In this document: in pieces, positions 1 through 8,138 of the stretch
Layout: every line of letters begins with the position of its first letter
Numbering within the stretch: position 1 is the stretch's first letter
Source: Candidatus Omnitrophota bacterium
Lineage (GTDB): Bacteria; Omnitrophota; Gorgyraeia; Duberdicusellales; 4484-171
Assembly (NCBI GenBank): GCA_003644405.1
Contig: QNCE01000001.1
Span: 1-51,478, forward strand
Length of the DNA: 51,478 nt
Direction of reading: 5' to 3'
Program-made: the position numbers and the translations under genes
The notes under the pieces: model-generated
Told to the model about the DNA's origin: nothing
The model's input: the letters and a program-made list of their open reading frames with translations, nothing else
The model's database searches: none

Positions 1-67
1 CTTGTTTGATTATATGCAAACGTTTTAATTCTTTCTGGGTCATTGTGATAATGTCCTTTTCTGCCAA
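1..67 (-). CDS. 5' end of a gene running off the left edge; the N-terminus resembles the helix-turn-helix N-terminus of an IS-type transposase/integrase (partial)
   Basis: The reverse complement of 1-67 reads TTG GCA GAA AAG GAC ATT ATC ACA ATG ACC CAG AAA GAA TTA AAA CGT TTG CAT ATA ATC AAA CAA = (M)AEKDIITMTQKELKRLHIIKQ. AGGAGG (72-77) lies 4 nt upstream of the TTG, and there is an alternative ATG at 41-43. I recall the IITM(S/T)QKELxRxxxI pattern from transposase N-termini. Only about 22 aa are visible. Confidence 0.3.
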   Translation of the reverse strand, partial: MAEKDIITMTQKELKRLHIIKQ

Positions 68-71
68 ATAT

Positions 72-98
72 CCTCCTTTCAAAAAGAGTATTATAGCA
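72..98 (-). promoter_or_regulatory. Extended -10 promoter plus Shine-Dalgarno for the left-edge gene
   Basis: Minus strand: TGCTATAAT (plus coordinates 90-98, TGn + TATAAT), then AGGAGG (72-77), then TTG (65-67). No convincing -35 element. Confidence 0.35.
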
Positions 99-192
99 GG
101 CTTAAAAGAGGACATTTTTACTTTGGGCTAAATAGGACATTATCATATTGAGGTTACACCCTACATATGCTTTTTTGTAGTTCCGATATATT

Positions 193-1809
193 TTAAGTAA
201 TAAACTTACTTAAAAACTTATTAACAATAGGCATGCGTCTATCTTTTCCAAAAGCACAGGAGGTAATCTTAATCCCAATAGGGGACTGACGGCGTTTGTA
301 TTCATTAGCATCCACCATTCTAATTACTTTCTTTACTAAATCCTTATTAAACCCTCTTTCTACAATCTCTTTGAAAGGTAAATTTTCTTCTATATATAAT
401 TTTAAGATAGGGTCAAGAAGAGAGTAAGGAGGAAGAATATCCGAATCTTTCTGATTGGGTTTAAGTTCCGCAGAAGGAGGTCTCCTAAACACAGAAGAGG
501 GGATAACTTCTTTTTTACAAGTTCTATTGATGTAACGAGCAATTTTATAAACCATAGTCTTAGGAACATCTTTTAGAACACCAAAACCTCCTACCATATC
601 CCCATAAAGGGTACAGTAGCCACAAGAAACTTCGCTTTTATTTCCTGTATTGAGCACTAGATACCCAAATTTATTAGAAAAAGCCATTAAAAGATTTCCT
701 CTAACTCTTGCTTGGATATTTTCTTCACTCTTATCGAAGGGTTTATTCTTAAAAAATGGCTTAAGGGTAGAAAGATAAGCATCAAAGATATCTTTAATAC
801 TCACAGTGTAGAATTTTATTCCCAAATTCTTACAAATTCTTTTAGCATCATCAAAGGTTTGAGAAGAAGTATACTGGGAGGGCATAATCAAACCAAAAAC
901 ATTCTTCTTCCCTAAGGTAAGGGTTGCTAAAGATACCACTACCGCAGAATCTATCCCTCCACTTACTCCTACGATAACTTTTTTAAAACCGTTTTTCTTC
1001 ACATAGTCAAATAGCCCTAACTTTAATGCTTCAAATACTTCCTCAACACAAGAGACGCTTAACTGCTGACCAGCTAAGCGTTTATTTTTATTAAAGTTAA
1101 AAATAAGAAGGTCTTCTTTAAATCTCTTAGCAAATTTTACTACTTTGCCTGAAGGAGAAACTACCATACTTGTGCCATCAAAAACTAACTCATCTTGACC
1201 TCCTACAATATTGCAATAGAAAAGAAAGCAATTAAGGTGTTGAGAGGCTCGAGAAAGAATACTTTTTCTTAAGGAAATTTTTCCTAAATGATAAGGGGAG
1301 GCAGCCAGATTTATAATAAAATCAAGCTTTTTTTTAGAAAGTCTCCCCAAGTAGTCTTTTTGCCAAATATCCTCGCATATATTTACTGAGAAACCATAAT
1401 CTTCTAAGGAGTAAAAAGAAATCTCTTCTCCTGGACTAAAATAACGTTTCTCATCAAAAACTCCATAATTAGGTAAATAAATTTTATGATAAATATCTTT
1501 TAACTTACCATCATCAAAAAAAGCATAGGCATTAAAGATCCTATCATCCTTTTTATCCACAAAACCCAGAATTACTTTTATTTTCTTAGTATAGCTTTTA
1601 AGCCGATTAATGTAACGAATATTCTCTTCGATAAACTGAGGTTTTAACAACAAATCCTCCGGAGGATACCCACATAAGGCGAGTTCTCCAAAGACAATTA
1701 TATCAACTCTTTTTTTTCTCGCTCTATCGATATAGCGAAGAATTTTAGAAAAGTTACCTTGAAAATCTCCTACACAGGGGTTTATTTGAGCTAAACCTAT
1801 CTTTAACAT
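193..1809 (-). CDS. nadE: Glutamine-dependent NAD+ synthetase
   Basis: 538 aa. N-terminal CN-hydrolase domain (FGELALCGY, NICEDIW) plus a C-terminal NAD-synthetase PP-loop (VGVSGGIDSAVV). Confidence 0.9.
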   Translation of the reverse strand: MLKIGLAQINPCVGDFQGNFSKILRYIDRARKKRVDIIVFGELALCGYPPEDLLLKPQFIEENIRYINRLKSYTKKIKVILGFVDKKDDRIFNAYAFFDDGKLKDIYHKIYLPNYGVFDEKRYFSPGEEISFYSLEDYGFSVNICEDIWQKDYLGRLSKKKLDFIINLAASPYHLGKISLRKSILSRASQHLNCFLFYCNIVGGQDELVFDGTSMVVSPSGKVVKFAKRFKEDLLIFNFNKNKRLAGQQLSVSCVEEVFEALKLGLFDYVKKNGFKKVIVGVSGGIDSAVVVSLATLTLGKKNVFGLIMPSQYTSSQTFDDAKRICKNLGIKFYTVSIKDIFDAYLSTLKPFFKNKPFDKSEENIQARVRGNLLMAFSNKFGYLVLNTGNKSEVSCGYCTLYGDMVGGFGVLKDVPKTMVYKIARYINRTCKKEVIPSSVFRRPPSAELKPNQKDSDILPPYSLLDPILKLYIEENLPFKEIVERGFNKDLVKKVIRMVDANEYKRRQSPIGIKITSCAFGKDRRMPIVNKFLSKFIT

Positions 1810-1852
1810 TTAAGCCTCCGTCTGTGTCATTATAGTTCTTCTAAAAAATTAA

Positions 1853-2617
1853 TCAAGAATTAGAAGATTTAAATCTCTTCTGAAAAAGAAACCAAAGAAG
1901 TACTCCTATAACTATCATTCCCAGGGAAACAATTTGAAAAATAGAAAACTTCCCTAGGTAGGGACGAGGGTCTCCCCGGTAAAACTCAATAATAAACCGA
2001 AAGATACCGTAGAGAATAAAATAAAGCGAAAAAATTTCTCCCTTAAAGGAAGTCTTTTTCCTCTTACTCCAAAGCACCAAAAATATACATAGAAGAGCTA
2101 ATGATGAAATGAGCTGAGTAGGAATAACCTTTGTTCCTAAACTCCCTGCCGGCGAAGAAGGAGGAAACTTTATCCCTATCCAAGAAGAAGTAGGCTTCCC
2201 ATAACAACATCCGTAAGAAAAACAACCTACCCTCCCAATAGCATGACCTAAAAGGAGAGCTAATACTAAAATATCTGCTAACTTTAGAAAATCTAAGTTG
2301 CGTTTTCTTGTAAGGATATAAAAAGCCCCTAAACCAAAAAACACTCCTCCGTAAAAAACAAAACCTGCTCTTGATAAACCTATTCCCAGAGGATCCCTTA
2401 GAAAGAATTTGAAATTTAAAAGGATATAGAATATCCTTGCCCCTATAAATCCCCAAATTAAAGACCAAAAAACAATGTCAGAAAAGTCTTTTTTGCCTAT
2501 CCCTTCTTTCTTCACTTGAACCAAGGAGAAAAAATAACCTGCTACTACCCCTAAAAAAACTAGGACTCCGTAAGTATATATGGTAATAGAGCCAATTTTA
2601 AAAAGTATAGGGTACAT
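1853..2617 (-). CDS. lgt: Prolipoprotein diacylglyceryl transferase
   Basis: 254-aa polytopic membrane protein with an Lgt-like N-terminus (ILFKIGSITIYTYGVLVFLG) and HAIGRVGCF..GCCYG motifs. Confidence 0.85.
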   Translation of the reverse strand: MYPILFKIGSITIYTYGVLVFLGVVAGYFFSLVQVKKEGIGKKDFSDIVFWSLIWGFIGARIFYILLNFKFFLRDPLGIGLSRAGFVFYGGVFFGLGAFYILTRKRNLDFLKLADILVLALLLGHAIGRVGCFSYGCCYGKPTSSWIGIKFPPSSPAGSLGTKVIPTQLISSLALLCIFLVLWSKRKKTSFKGEIFSLYFILYGIFRFIIEFYRGDPRPYLGKFSIFQIVSLGMIVIGVLLWFLFQKRFKSSNS

Positions 2618-2619
2618 CT

Positions 2620-3057
2620 TTAGATAGTAAGGATTATATTCACCGGTCCCTCTAACACTAACTCTATCCTCATAAACTCTCCAAACGCCCCTTGTTTTAC
2701 ATCTACATTCTCTTTCTTAAGTAAAGATACAAAATCCTCAAAATATTTACTAGCTTGCTCTCTAGGCATAGATTCTTCAAAGGATGGTCTCCGCCCTCTT
2801 TCTGTATCAGCACAGAGAGTGAAGTTGGAGATACATAGAAGCTGATAATTTTTATCTTTCAAAGAGTAATTTAACTTGCCCTGCTCATCCTCAAACACTC
2901 TTAAGTTAACTACCTTGGAAGCCATCTTAGTTAAACTAGCTAAGGTATCTTTTTTCTCTATTCCTACAAATAGAGCTAACCCCTTACCAATAGAGGCTAA
3001 CTCTTTTTTTTCTTTAAATACTCTACCTTGGCTAATGCGGGCAACTAGTACTTTCAT
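2620..3057 (-). CDS. dtd: D-aminoacyl-tRNA deacylase
   Basis: 145 aa. MKVLVARIS start, ISNFTLCADTERGRRPSF (SQFTL-type motif) and a C-terminal GPVNIIL. Confidence 0.9.
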   Translation of the reverse strand: MKVLVARISQGRVFKEKKELASIGKGLALFVGIEKKDTLASLTKMASKVVNLRVFEDEQGKLNYSLKDKNYQLLCISNFTLCADTERGRRPSFEESMPREQASKYFEDFVSLLKKENVDVKQGAFGEFMRIELVLEGPVNIILTI

Positions 3058-3964
3058 ACCTATATCTATATCCCTGATAGGTTCCTCTTTTTTCTAACTC
3101 CTTCTCTATCTGATGTAAAACCTCACTTCTCTGGTTTATCCATTTAGGAGCAATTAGATAAGCAGGATTAGCGGTAGAAACTAATCTTAGGATAACAAAA
3201 TGAGGAGGAATTATCTCTAAAAAATCACAGATTATTCTTACGAACTCCTCTTTAGATAACAAATTCAATCTACCTTCACGATACCAATTCTCTAGGAGAG
3301 TATCTTTCAACACATGAAGAATATGAAATTTTATTCCTTGGATATCTAAAGAAGCTAATCTTTTAGCATCTATCATCATCTCCTCATAACTCTGCTGAGG
3401 TAGTCCTAATATAATATGAACTCCTACGTTGATACCGTAACTTCTTGTTAGCTCCAGAGTTTTTAAAAAATCCTCATAGGTATGGTTACGGTTAATTAAC
3501 GTTAGGATTCTATTATGAGTAGTTTGCAGACCATATTCTATCCACACCAAATACTCTCTTTGGTACTGAGAAATCAATGTTAACTTTTCCTTATCTATAC
3601 AGTCAGGGCGTGTAGAAATAAAGAGTCCTACAATTTCAGGGAAATCTCTTATAACATTGTATTTCTCCCTCAAATCATCAATACTTGCATGGGTGTTAGT
3701 GAAAGCTTGAAAGTAAGCAATGAAGTTAGTAACTTTCATTCTTCTCTTATAGTAACTTATTGACTGGACTATCTGTTCTCTTAAGGGGATTATCTTACGA
3801 GTGTGAATACTAAAGGCTTTGTTATTACAGTATATACAGCCCTGCTTACTTAAGGTTCCATCAATGTTAGGACAGCTAAATCCAGCATCCAAGCTGATGC
3901 GATGGATGCGCTTACCGAACTTCTCTCTTAGGTATTGGTTAAAGGAGTAAAATCTTTTCTCCAT
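3032..3964 (-). CDS. TIGR01212 (YhcC-like) radical SAM protein, function unknown
   Basis: 310 aa. FSCPNIDGTLSKQGCIYCNN cluster motif typical of the YhcC family, with an Elp3-like radical-SAM C-terminal region. Confidence 0.75.
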   Translation of the reverse strand: MEKRFYSFNQYLREKFGKRIHRISLDAGFSCPNIDGTLSKQGCIYCNNKAFSIHTRKIIPLREQIVQSISYYKRRMKVTNFIAYFQAFTNTHASIDDLREKYNVIRDFPEIVGLFISTRPDCIDKEKLTLISQYQREYLVWIEYGLQTTHNRILTLINRNHTYEDFLKTLELTRSYGINVGVHIILGLPQQSYEEMMIDAKRLASLDIQGIKFHILHVLKDTLLENWYREGRLNLLSKEEFVRIICDFLEIIPPHFVILRLVSTANPAYLIAPKWINQRSEVLHQIEKELEKRGTYQGYRYRYESTSCPH

Positions 3965-4494
3965 TTTCTCTCCTGAAAACTATATACGCATCCACAATAG
4001 TCCTGTCGGTACAGGTTATACTTCTTAGCAAACTCCATTGCTTTTTTGAATCCATCCTTCTTTTTAAAATCTATCTCTAAAAAGCGCTTTTCATCTAATT
4101 TTTTCCCAACACTAAAGACCATTTCTGCCTTCTTATGAGGACTTACCGTTAAGGTAGTAGTAAAAAAATCAAAACCTAAACTTTTACAGAGTTTTTGAGT
4201 CTCCTTAAGCCTAAACTCGTAACAGAGAAGGCAACGTCTGCCGCCTTCTCTCTCTTTAGCATACTCTTTGCAAATCTTAAACCACTCTCTGGGATTATAC
4301 TCTCCTTCAATAATCTCTAGGGAAAACTTCTCTTTTATGAGTTTAAGATTCTCTTTCCTTCGCTGGTATTCTTCAAATGGATGAATGTTAGGATTAAAGA
4401 AAAAACCCACAACGTAAAATCCTTGCGAATGCAGGTTCTCCACGCAAGAAGAAGCACATACCCCACAACATATGTGAAGAAGAATTTTTTTCAC
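3928..4494 (-). CDS. queH: Epoxyqueuosine reductase QueH (DUF208)
   Basis: 188 aa. N-terminal HICCGVCAS and C-terminal RQDYCGCVYS cysteine motifs characteristic of QueH. Confidence 0.85.
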   Translation of the reverse strand: MKKILLHICCGVCASSCVENLHSQGFYVVGFFFNPNIHPFEEYQRRKENLKLIKEKFSLEIIEGEYNPREWFKICKEYAKEREGGRRCLLCYEFRLKETQKLCKSLGFDFFTTTLTVSPHKKAEMVFSVGKKLDEKRFLEIDFKKKDGFKKAMEFAKKYNLYRQDYCGCVYSFQERKWRKDFTPLTNT

Positions 4495-5297
4495 AACCCA
4501 AAGTAATCCTTTAAAGTAATGAACTCTATTTTTTCTTTAATCTTGGGGATCTCTTCTTTCAGCACCTTAAAAGTATTTTCCTTAGGATGAGCGATTATAA
4601 TAATTTTACCTTCTTTATCTGCTTTCGCTAAAAGATTATACAATGTATCTTTTATTTCTTGGGAGGAGCTACGAGAATCTAAAAAACCGCTATTTTCCAC
4701 ACACATTACTCCTTCTTCTTTAGCTATCTGGCAAGCTAAGGAGTTAGGAGAAGTTTTTGAATCCACAAATACCATATCTCTAACCCTTAAAGCCTTAATA
4801 ACTGCTCTCATCACTCTTTCATCTTCCGTAGCTTTGGATCCCATATGGTTATTTGCTCCTATAGCTACTCTTAAAGAATTTAGATGGTATTTCAAAAGAT
4901 AGTTTAATTTTCGCGGAGAAAGATCTGTAGTTATAAATTTATTTCTATATCTTAAGAAGGAGGATAAACGCTCTTTAGGTTCCATAGGAAGATGTACTAA
5001 CACAGAATACCCACAGCGGGAAGCAATAGATGCTATGTTTTTGGAAAACCTCAAGTGAGGAATTACTGCCACTGTAACAGGAATCTTTAGAGCATAAATC
5101 TCTTTAAGCTCTCTTAAATTCTCTCCTAAGTCATCAAAAATTAAAACAACTTGAGGTTTTTTTTCTATCTTCAAGGAAGGAGTGTCATCTTTGGTAAAAA
5201 AAGATTTGCCTTTCTCTAGAAAATTAAAGTAAAAGTAAAATATAACAGGAACAGTTATAATAGTAATTAAAAGGATAATCTTACCTACCTTACTCAT
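4491..5297 (-). CDS. YibQ-like divergent polysaccharide deacetylase, membrane anchored
   Basis: 268 aa. N-terminal TM helix (IILLITIITVPVIFYFYF), then VVLIFDDLG, HLPMEP and NNHMGS motifs of the YibQ family. Confidence 0.7.
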   Translation of the reverse strand: MSKVGKIILLITIITVPVIFYFYFNFLEKGKSFFTKDDTPSLKIEKKPQVVLIFDDLGENLRELKEIYALKIPVTVAVIPHLRFSKNIASIASRCGYSVLVHLPMEPKERLSSFLRYRNKFITTDLSPRKLNYLLKYHLNSLRVAIGANNHMGSKATEDERVMRAVIKALRVRDMVFVDSKTSPNSLACQIAKEEGVMCVENSGFLDSRSSSQEIKDTLYNLLAKADKEGKIIIIAHPKENTFKVLKEEIPKIKEKIEFITLKDYFGL

Positions 5298-5922
5298 TTA
5301 ATAAGATATTGAACTGTTGATAGGATTCTTTGGGATTAGGGTTTTTAAGAATGGCACTCCCTACGCATATATAATCTATGGCTAACCCCTTTACTAACTT
5401 TAAATTATCCAGCTTTATCCCCCCATCGATACCTATTCTTTTGTTAGGAAACAACTCTTTAAATTGGGTAATCTTTTCTAATACCTGAGGTATAAACTTA
5501 CTACCATAGAAACCAGGATTAACACTCATAAAGAGCACCATCTCTACCTCATCTACTAAATCTTTAAATTCCTCTATAGAAGTAGAAGGATTCACCGCTA
5601 AACCAGGAGATAAGCCTTTGTTCCTGATTCGAGAGATTACCTTTTGATGGTCTTGGGCTATCTCGTAGTGATAAATTATCCTTTGAGCTCCAAACTCCTT
5701 AAAAGGCTCAATCCACTTGCAGGGATCTTCCACCATAAGATGAGCTTCACTAGTTATAGGAAAATTTATTCCTTTTAAGTCATCTATAGTAATACTACGG
5801 GAAGGAACGAATTTTCCATCCATAATATCAATCTGTACATAGTCAGCAAACTCTTTAGTTATTTCAAGCATCTTTAAAAACTCTTCTCTATTGTCAGTAA
5901 GAATAGCGGGAATTATCTTCAT
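5290..5922 (-). CDS. Ribulose-phosphate 3-epimerase family protein (divergent)
   Basis: 210 aa. QIDIMDGKFVPS, EAHLMVEDP, MSVNPGFYGS and GIDGGI match the Rpe TIM-barrel. The first metal-binding His of the canonical HxDxMDG motif is Gln here. Confidence 0.7.
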   Translation of the reverse strand: MKIIPAILTDNREEFLKMLEITKEFADYVQIDIMDGKFVPSRSITIDDLKGINFPITSEAHLMVEDPCKWIEPFKEFGAQRIIYHYEIAQDHQKVISRIRNKGLSPGLAVNPSTSIEEFKDLVDEVEMVLFMSVNPGFYGSKFIPQVLEKITQFKELFPNKRIGIDGGIKLDNLKLVKGLAIDYICVGSAILKNPNPKESYQQFNILLNE

Positions 5923-7091
5923 TGCTTACTTCTTCTGAAATATTCTTTTAAAAGTTTTACTAAATCATAATTTAACATATAATTTTCTGTCCGCCAAGAT
6001 TCAATAATCTTCTTCTTTTTCTTGCCCCATAGTGTTAAGTAATTCTCCCATCCGGAGGTTGGGCCTTCTCTACATATGAAAGGTAAATTAGGAACCAACT
6101 GAAAAATCCCGTCAGGAAAGGTGTAGTTTTTAACTGATTTATAAGTCCACAGGGTATAACTAAATCCAAAAGTCTCAAATGCATCTAACACATCTCTAAG
6201 ATAGTTCTTCTCTCCATAAAAACTGTTACGCCAGTTTATCCCAAATTCCCCTACTAAGATTTCTACTTTATTTTTCTTAGAGAATTTATAGTAGCGTTCT
6301 AGATACTTATAGACAGTACTTTTATTCCAAACTTTTGCTTCTATCCGTCCGGGATAGATATAGTAAGGTGTGAAGTTAAAGACGAAACTCAAAGGCTGAT
6401 AAAAATGAATACTTACTTTGACGTTAGGTTCTATTAAATCTTGTAAAAACTCTATATCTTGCCCCCAGAGATTACCTTCTAGAATAATAAAGTGATTCCT
6501 ATCAACTCTCTTTATCTTATTAATTAACTTCCCATAGAATTTTTTAAGGGTATTAAGTTTTCTTTTTTCTATCACAGGTTCATTAATCACATCGTAACCC
6601 CAAAGCGCTTCTCTATCTTTAAAGTGAGAAGCTATCAACTCCCACAAGGCAATAGTTCTATCTCGGTAACTTTCTTTCTCCCACAAAAGGGCTAAGCCTC
6701 TACTATCCGAATGCCAGTCTCTATTTTGTGAACCCACAGCAGCATGAAGATCTAAAATCACTTTAAGGTTGTATTTATCCGCCCAAACTAGTACCTTATC
6801 TAGCCAAAAGATACCCTTTCTGTCGTAGGAAAAACTATTCTTTTCTATAATACGATAATGGAAAGGGACTCTCACTACATTGGCTCCCCAACTACTTATT
6901 ATCTTAAAATCCTCTTTTCTAATAAAATTATCACGAAAGGCCTGCTCAAACTTCTCTAATTCCCTTTTTCCCCAAATTTTTCTAAATCTCTTCTTAAACT
7001 CCCCCTCCGGTATATTCCTTCCTCCCAAAAGATACCCCTCCATTAGGAGCCAACCTCCTAAATTAACTCCTCTTAACTTTTGTTCCTTCAT
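5919..7091 (-). CDS. Glycoside hydrolase family 5 protein, no signal peptide
   Basis: 390 aa. RGVNLGGWLLMEGY, VVRVPF, acid/base Glu in YDVINEP, nucleophile Glu in LVGEFG. No N-terminal signal or TM segment. Confidence 0.8.
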   Translation of the reverse strand: MKEQKLRGVNLGGWLLMEGYLLGGRNIPEGEFKKRFRKIWGKRELEKFEQAFRDNFIRKEDFKIISSWGANVVRVPFHYRIIEKNSFSYDRKGIFWLDKVLVWADKYNLKVILDLHAAVGSQNRDWHSDSRGLALLWEKESYRDRTIALWELIASHFKDREALWGYDVINEPVIEKRKLNTLKKFYGKLINKIKRVDRNHFIILEGNLWGQDIEFLQDLIEPNVKVSIHFYQPLSFVFNFTPYYIYPGRIEAKVWNKSTVYKYLERYYKFSKKNKVEILVGEFGINWRNSFYGEKNYLRDVLDAFETFGFSYTLWTYKSVKNYTFPDGIFQLVPNLPFICREGPTSGWENYLTLWGKKKKKIIESWRTENYMLNYDLVKLLKEYFRRSKQ

Positions 7092-7737
7092 ACTTTACCC
7101 CTCTCTTAAGACATAAATTTCTTACTCTGCATTTATTACACAAGGGCCTTAAAGGTCTACATATGTTCTGCCCAAAAGCAACAAAGAGAGGATTAAGCTT
7201 ACTCCAAACTTTCTTAGGAAGAAGTTTTTTCAACTTCAACTCCGTATGGTAGGGACTCTTAGTAGTAACCCAACCTAAACGATTAGAAATCCTATGTACA
7301 TGAGTATCTACACATATTGCTGGTCTTTTATACCCTAGACTTAGAACTAAATTAGCAGTTTTTCTTCCTACACCAGGGAGAGAAAGGAGTTCCTCTAAAC
7401 GGTGGGGCACTCTACCTTCGTACTTCTCTATAAGTTCCTTACTGAGGTAATGGATAGCCTTTGCTTTACTTCTAAAAAACCCCACAGGATAAATTAACCT
7501 TTCTATCTCTGCAGTAGAAATTTTTACCATCTCATAAACACCAGAAGCTTTCTGGGATAATCTTTTGAAAGCTTGCTCAGTTACCTTATCCTTGGTTCTT
7601 AATCTTAACACACAGAAAATCAATATCTTATAAGGATCAAGCTTAACTCTTGATTTCTCTATCCAAGGAATCTTTAAGGAGTTAACCTGACCCTGAATCC
7701 TTCTTAAACTGAATAGAATCTTCCTCTTATCTATCAA
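7063..7737 (-). CDS. nth: Endonuclease III
   Basis: 224 aa. HhH-GPD element LPGVGRKTANLVL, DTHVHRISNRLG, and a C-terminal C-x6-C-x2-C-x5-C cluster (CRPLRPLCNKCRVRNLC). Confidence 0.85.
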   Translation of the reverse strand: MIDKRKILFSLRRIQGQVNSLKIPWIEKSRVKLDPYKILIFCVLRLRTKDKVTEQAFKRLSQKASGVYEMVKISTAEIERLIYPVGFFRSKAKAIHYLSKELIEKYEGRVPHRLEELLSLPGVGRKTANLVLSLGYKRPAICVDTHVHRISNRLGWVTTKSPYHTELKLKKLLPKKVWSKLNPLFVAFGQNICRPLRPLCNKCRVRNLCLKRGVKYEGTKVKRS

Positions 7738-7738
7738 T

Positions 7739-8017
7739 TTAAAAAATAACTTTCAGCTTTTTCTTGTAAGCACAAAGATGACACCTTGGCCACCAACTAT
7801 GGAGAATTTCTCTTACAGGTACACAGAAAAATTTTTCTCCTCCTACTGTTTCTCTCAAACCAAAGCGATGAGGATAAATCTCGCAGAAGAAAATATCATT
7901 AGCATCCTTCTTTAAGTGTTTACAAGGATCATCGGAAGCTCCACACCTTAAACAAAGAGTCTCCCACTCCTCTTCCTTCTCTTGGAGGTAGGACGCATAA
8001 CATGGAAAGTCTTCCAT
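7739..8017 (-). CDS. Small cysteine-rich protein, possibly a YkgJ-like (CxxCxxCC family) metal-cluster protein
   Basis: 92 aa with 8 Cys. CLRCGASDDPC and FFCEIYPHRFG resemble the CxxCG..C and C-x-IY-x-x-RP elements of the YkgJ family. The gene is 1 nt upstream of nth. Confidence 0.4.
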   Translation of the reverse strand: MEDFPCYASYLQEKEEEWETLCLRCGASDDPCKHLKKDANDIFFCEIYPHRFGLRETVGGEKFFCVPVREILHSWWPRCHLCAYKKKLKVIF

Positions 8018-8026
8018 GGTAGTAGT

Positions 8027-8035
8027 ATTATAACA
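8027..8035 (-). promoter_or_regulatory. Extended -10 promoter (TGTTATAAT) for the Cys-rich gene/nth operon
   Basis: Minus strand: TGT TATAAT followed by 9 nt (actactacc), then the ATG at 8017-8015. No Shine-Dalgarno between them. Confidence 0.45.
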
Positions 8036-8065
8036 AAAGATTGGAAAAAAAAATTAATTTTTTTC

Positions 8066-8098
8066 TTGAAAAATCCGAAATTTCTGTTTTAATATAAT
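8066..8098 (+). promoter_or_regulatory. Possible sigma-70-type promoter for the polyamine cassette
   Basis: TTGAAA (8066-8071), then either TTAATA after a 17-nt spacer or TATAAT (8093-8098) after 21 nt. The spacing is ambiguous. A G-rich SD (AGGGGGG) lies immediately before the ATG at 8139. Confidence 0.3.
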
Positions 8099-8138
8099 TA
8101 AAAATTTATGAATCTAAACAAAATATTAATTAGGGGGG

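Noticed and set aside
2064-2468. Same-strand alternative-frame ORFs nested in real genes (134 aa in lgt; also 17740-17976 in the membrane protein, 26174-26383 in fabD, and 8289-8483 antisense to speD)
   Set aside because: They are fully contained in genes whose own frames carry clear family motifs. No independent start signals or recognisable domains.
8045-8064. A9 and T7 homopolymer tracts in the divergent promoter region, considered as a slipped-strand phase-variation switch
   Set aside because: Homopolymer A/T runs of similar length are frequent throughout this AT-rich sequence. Without population or read-level length variation there is no support.
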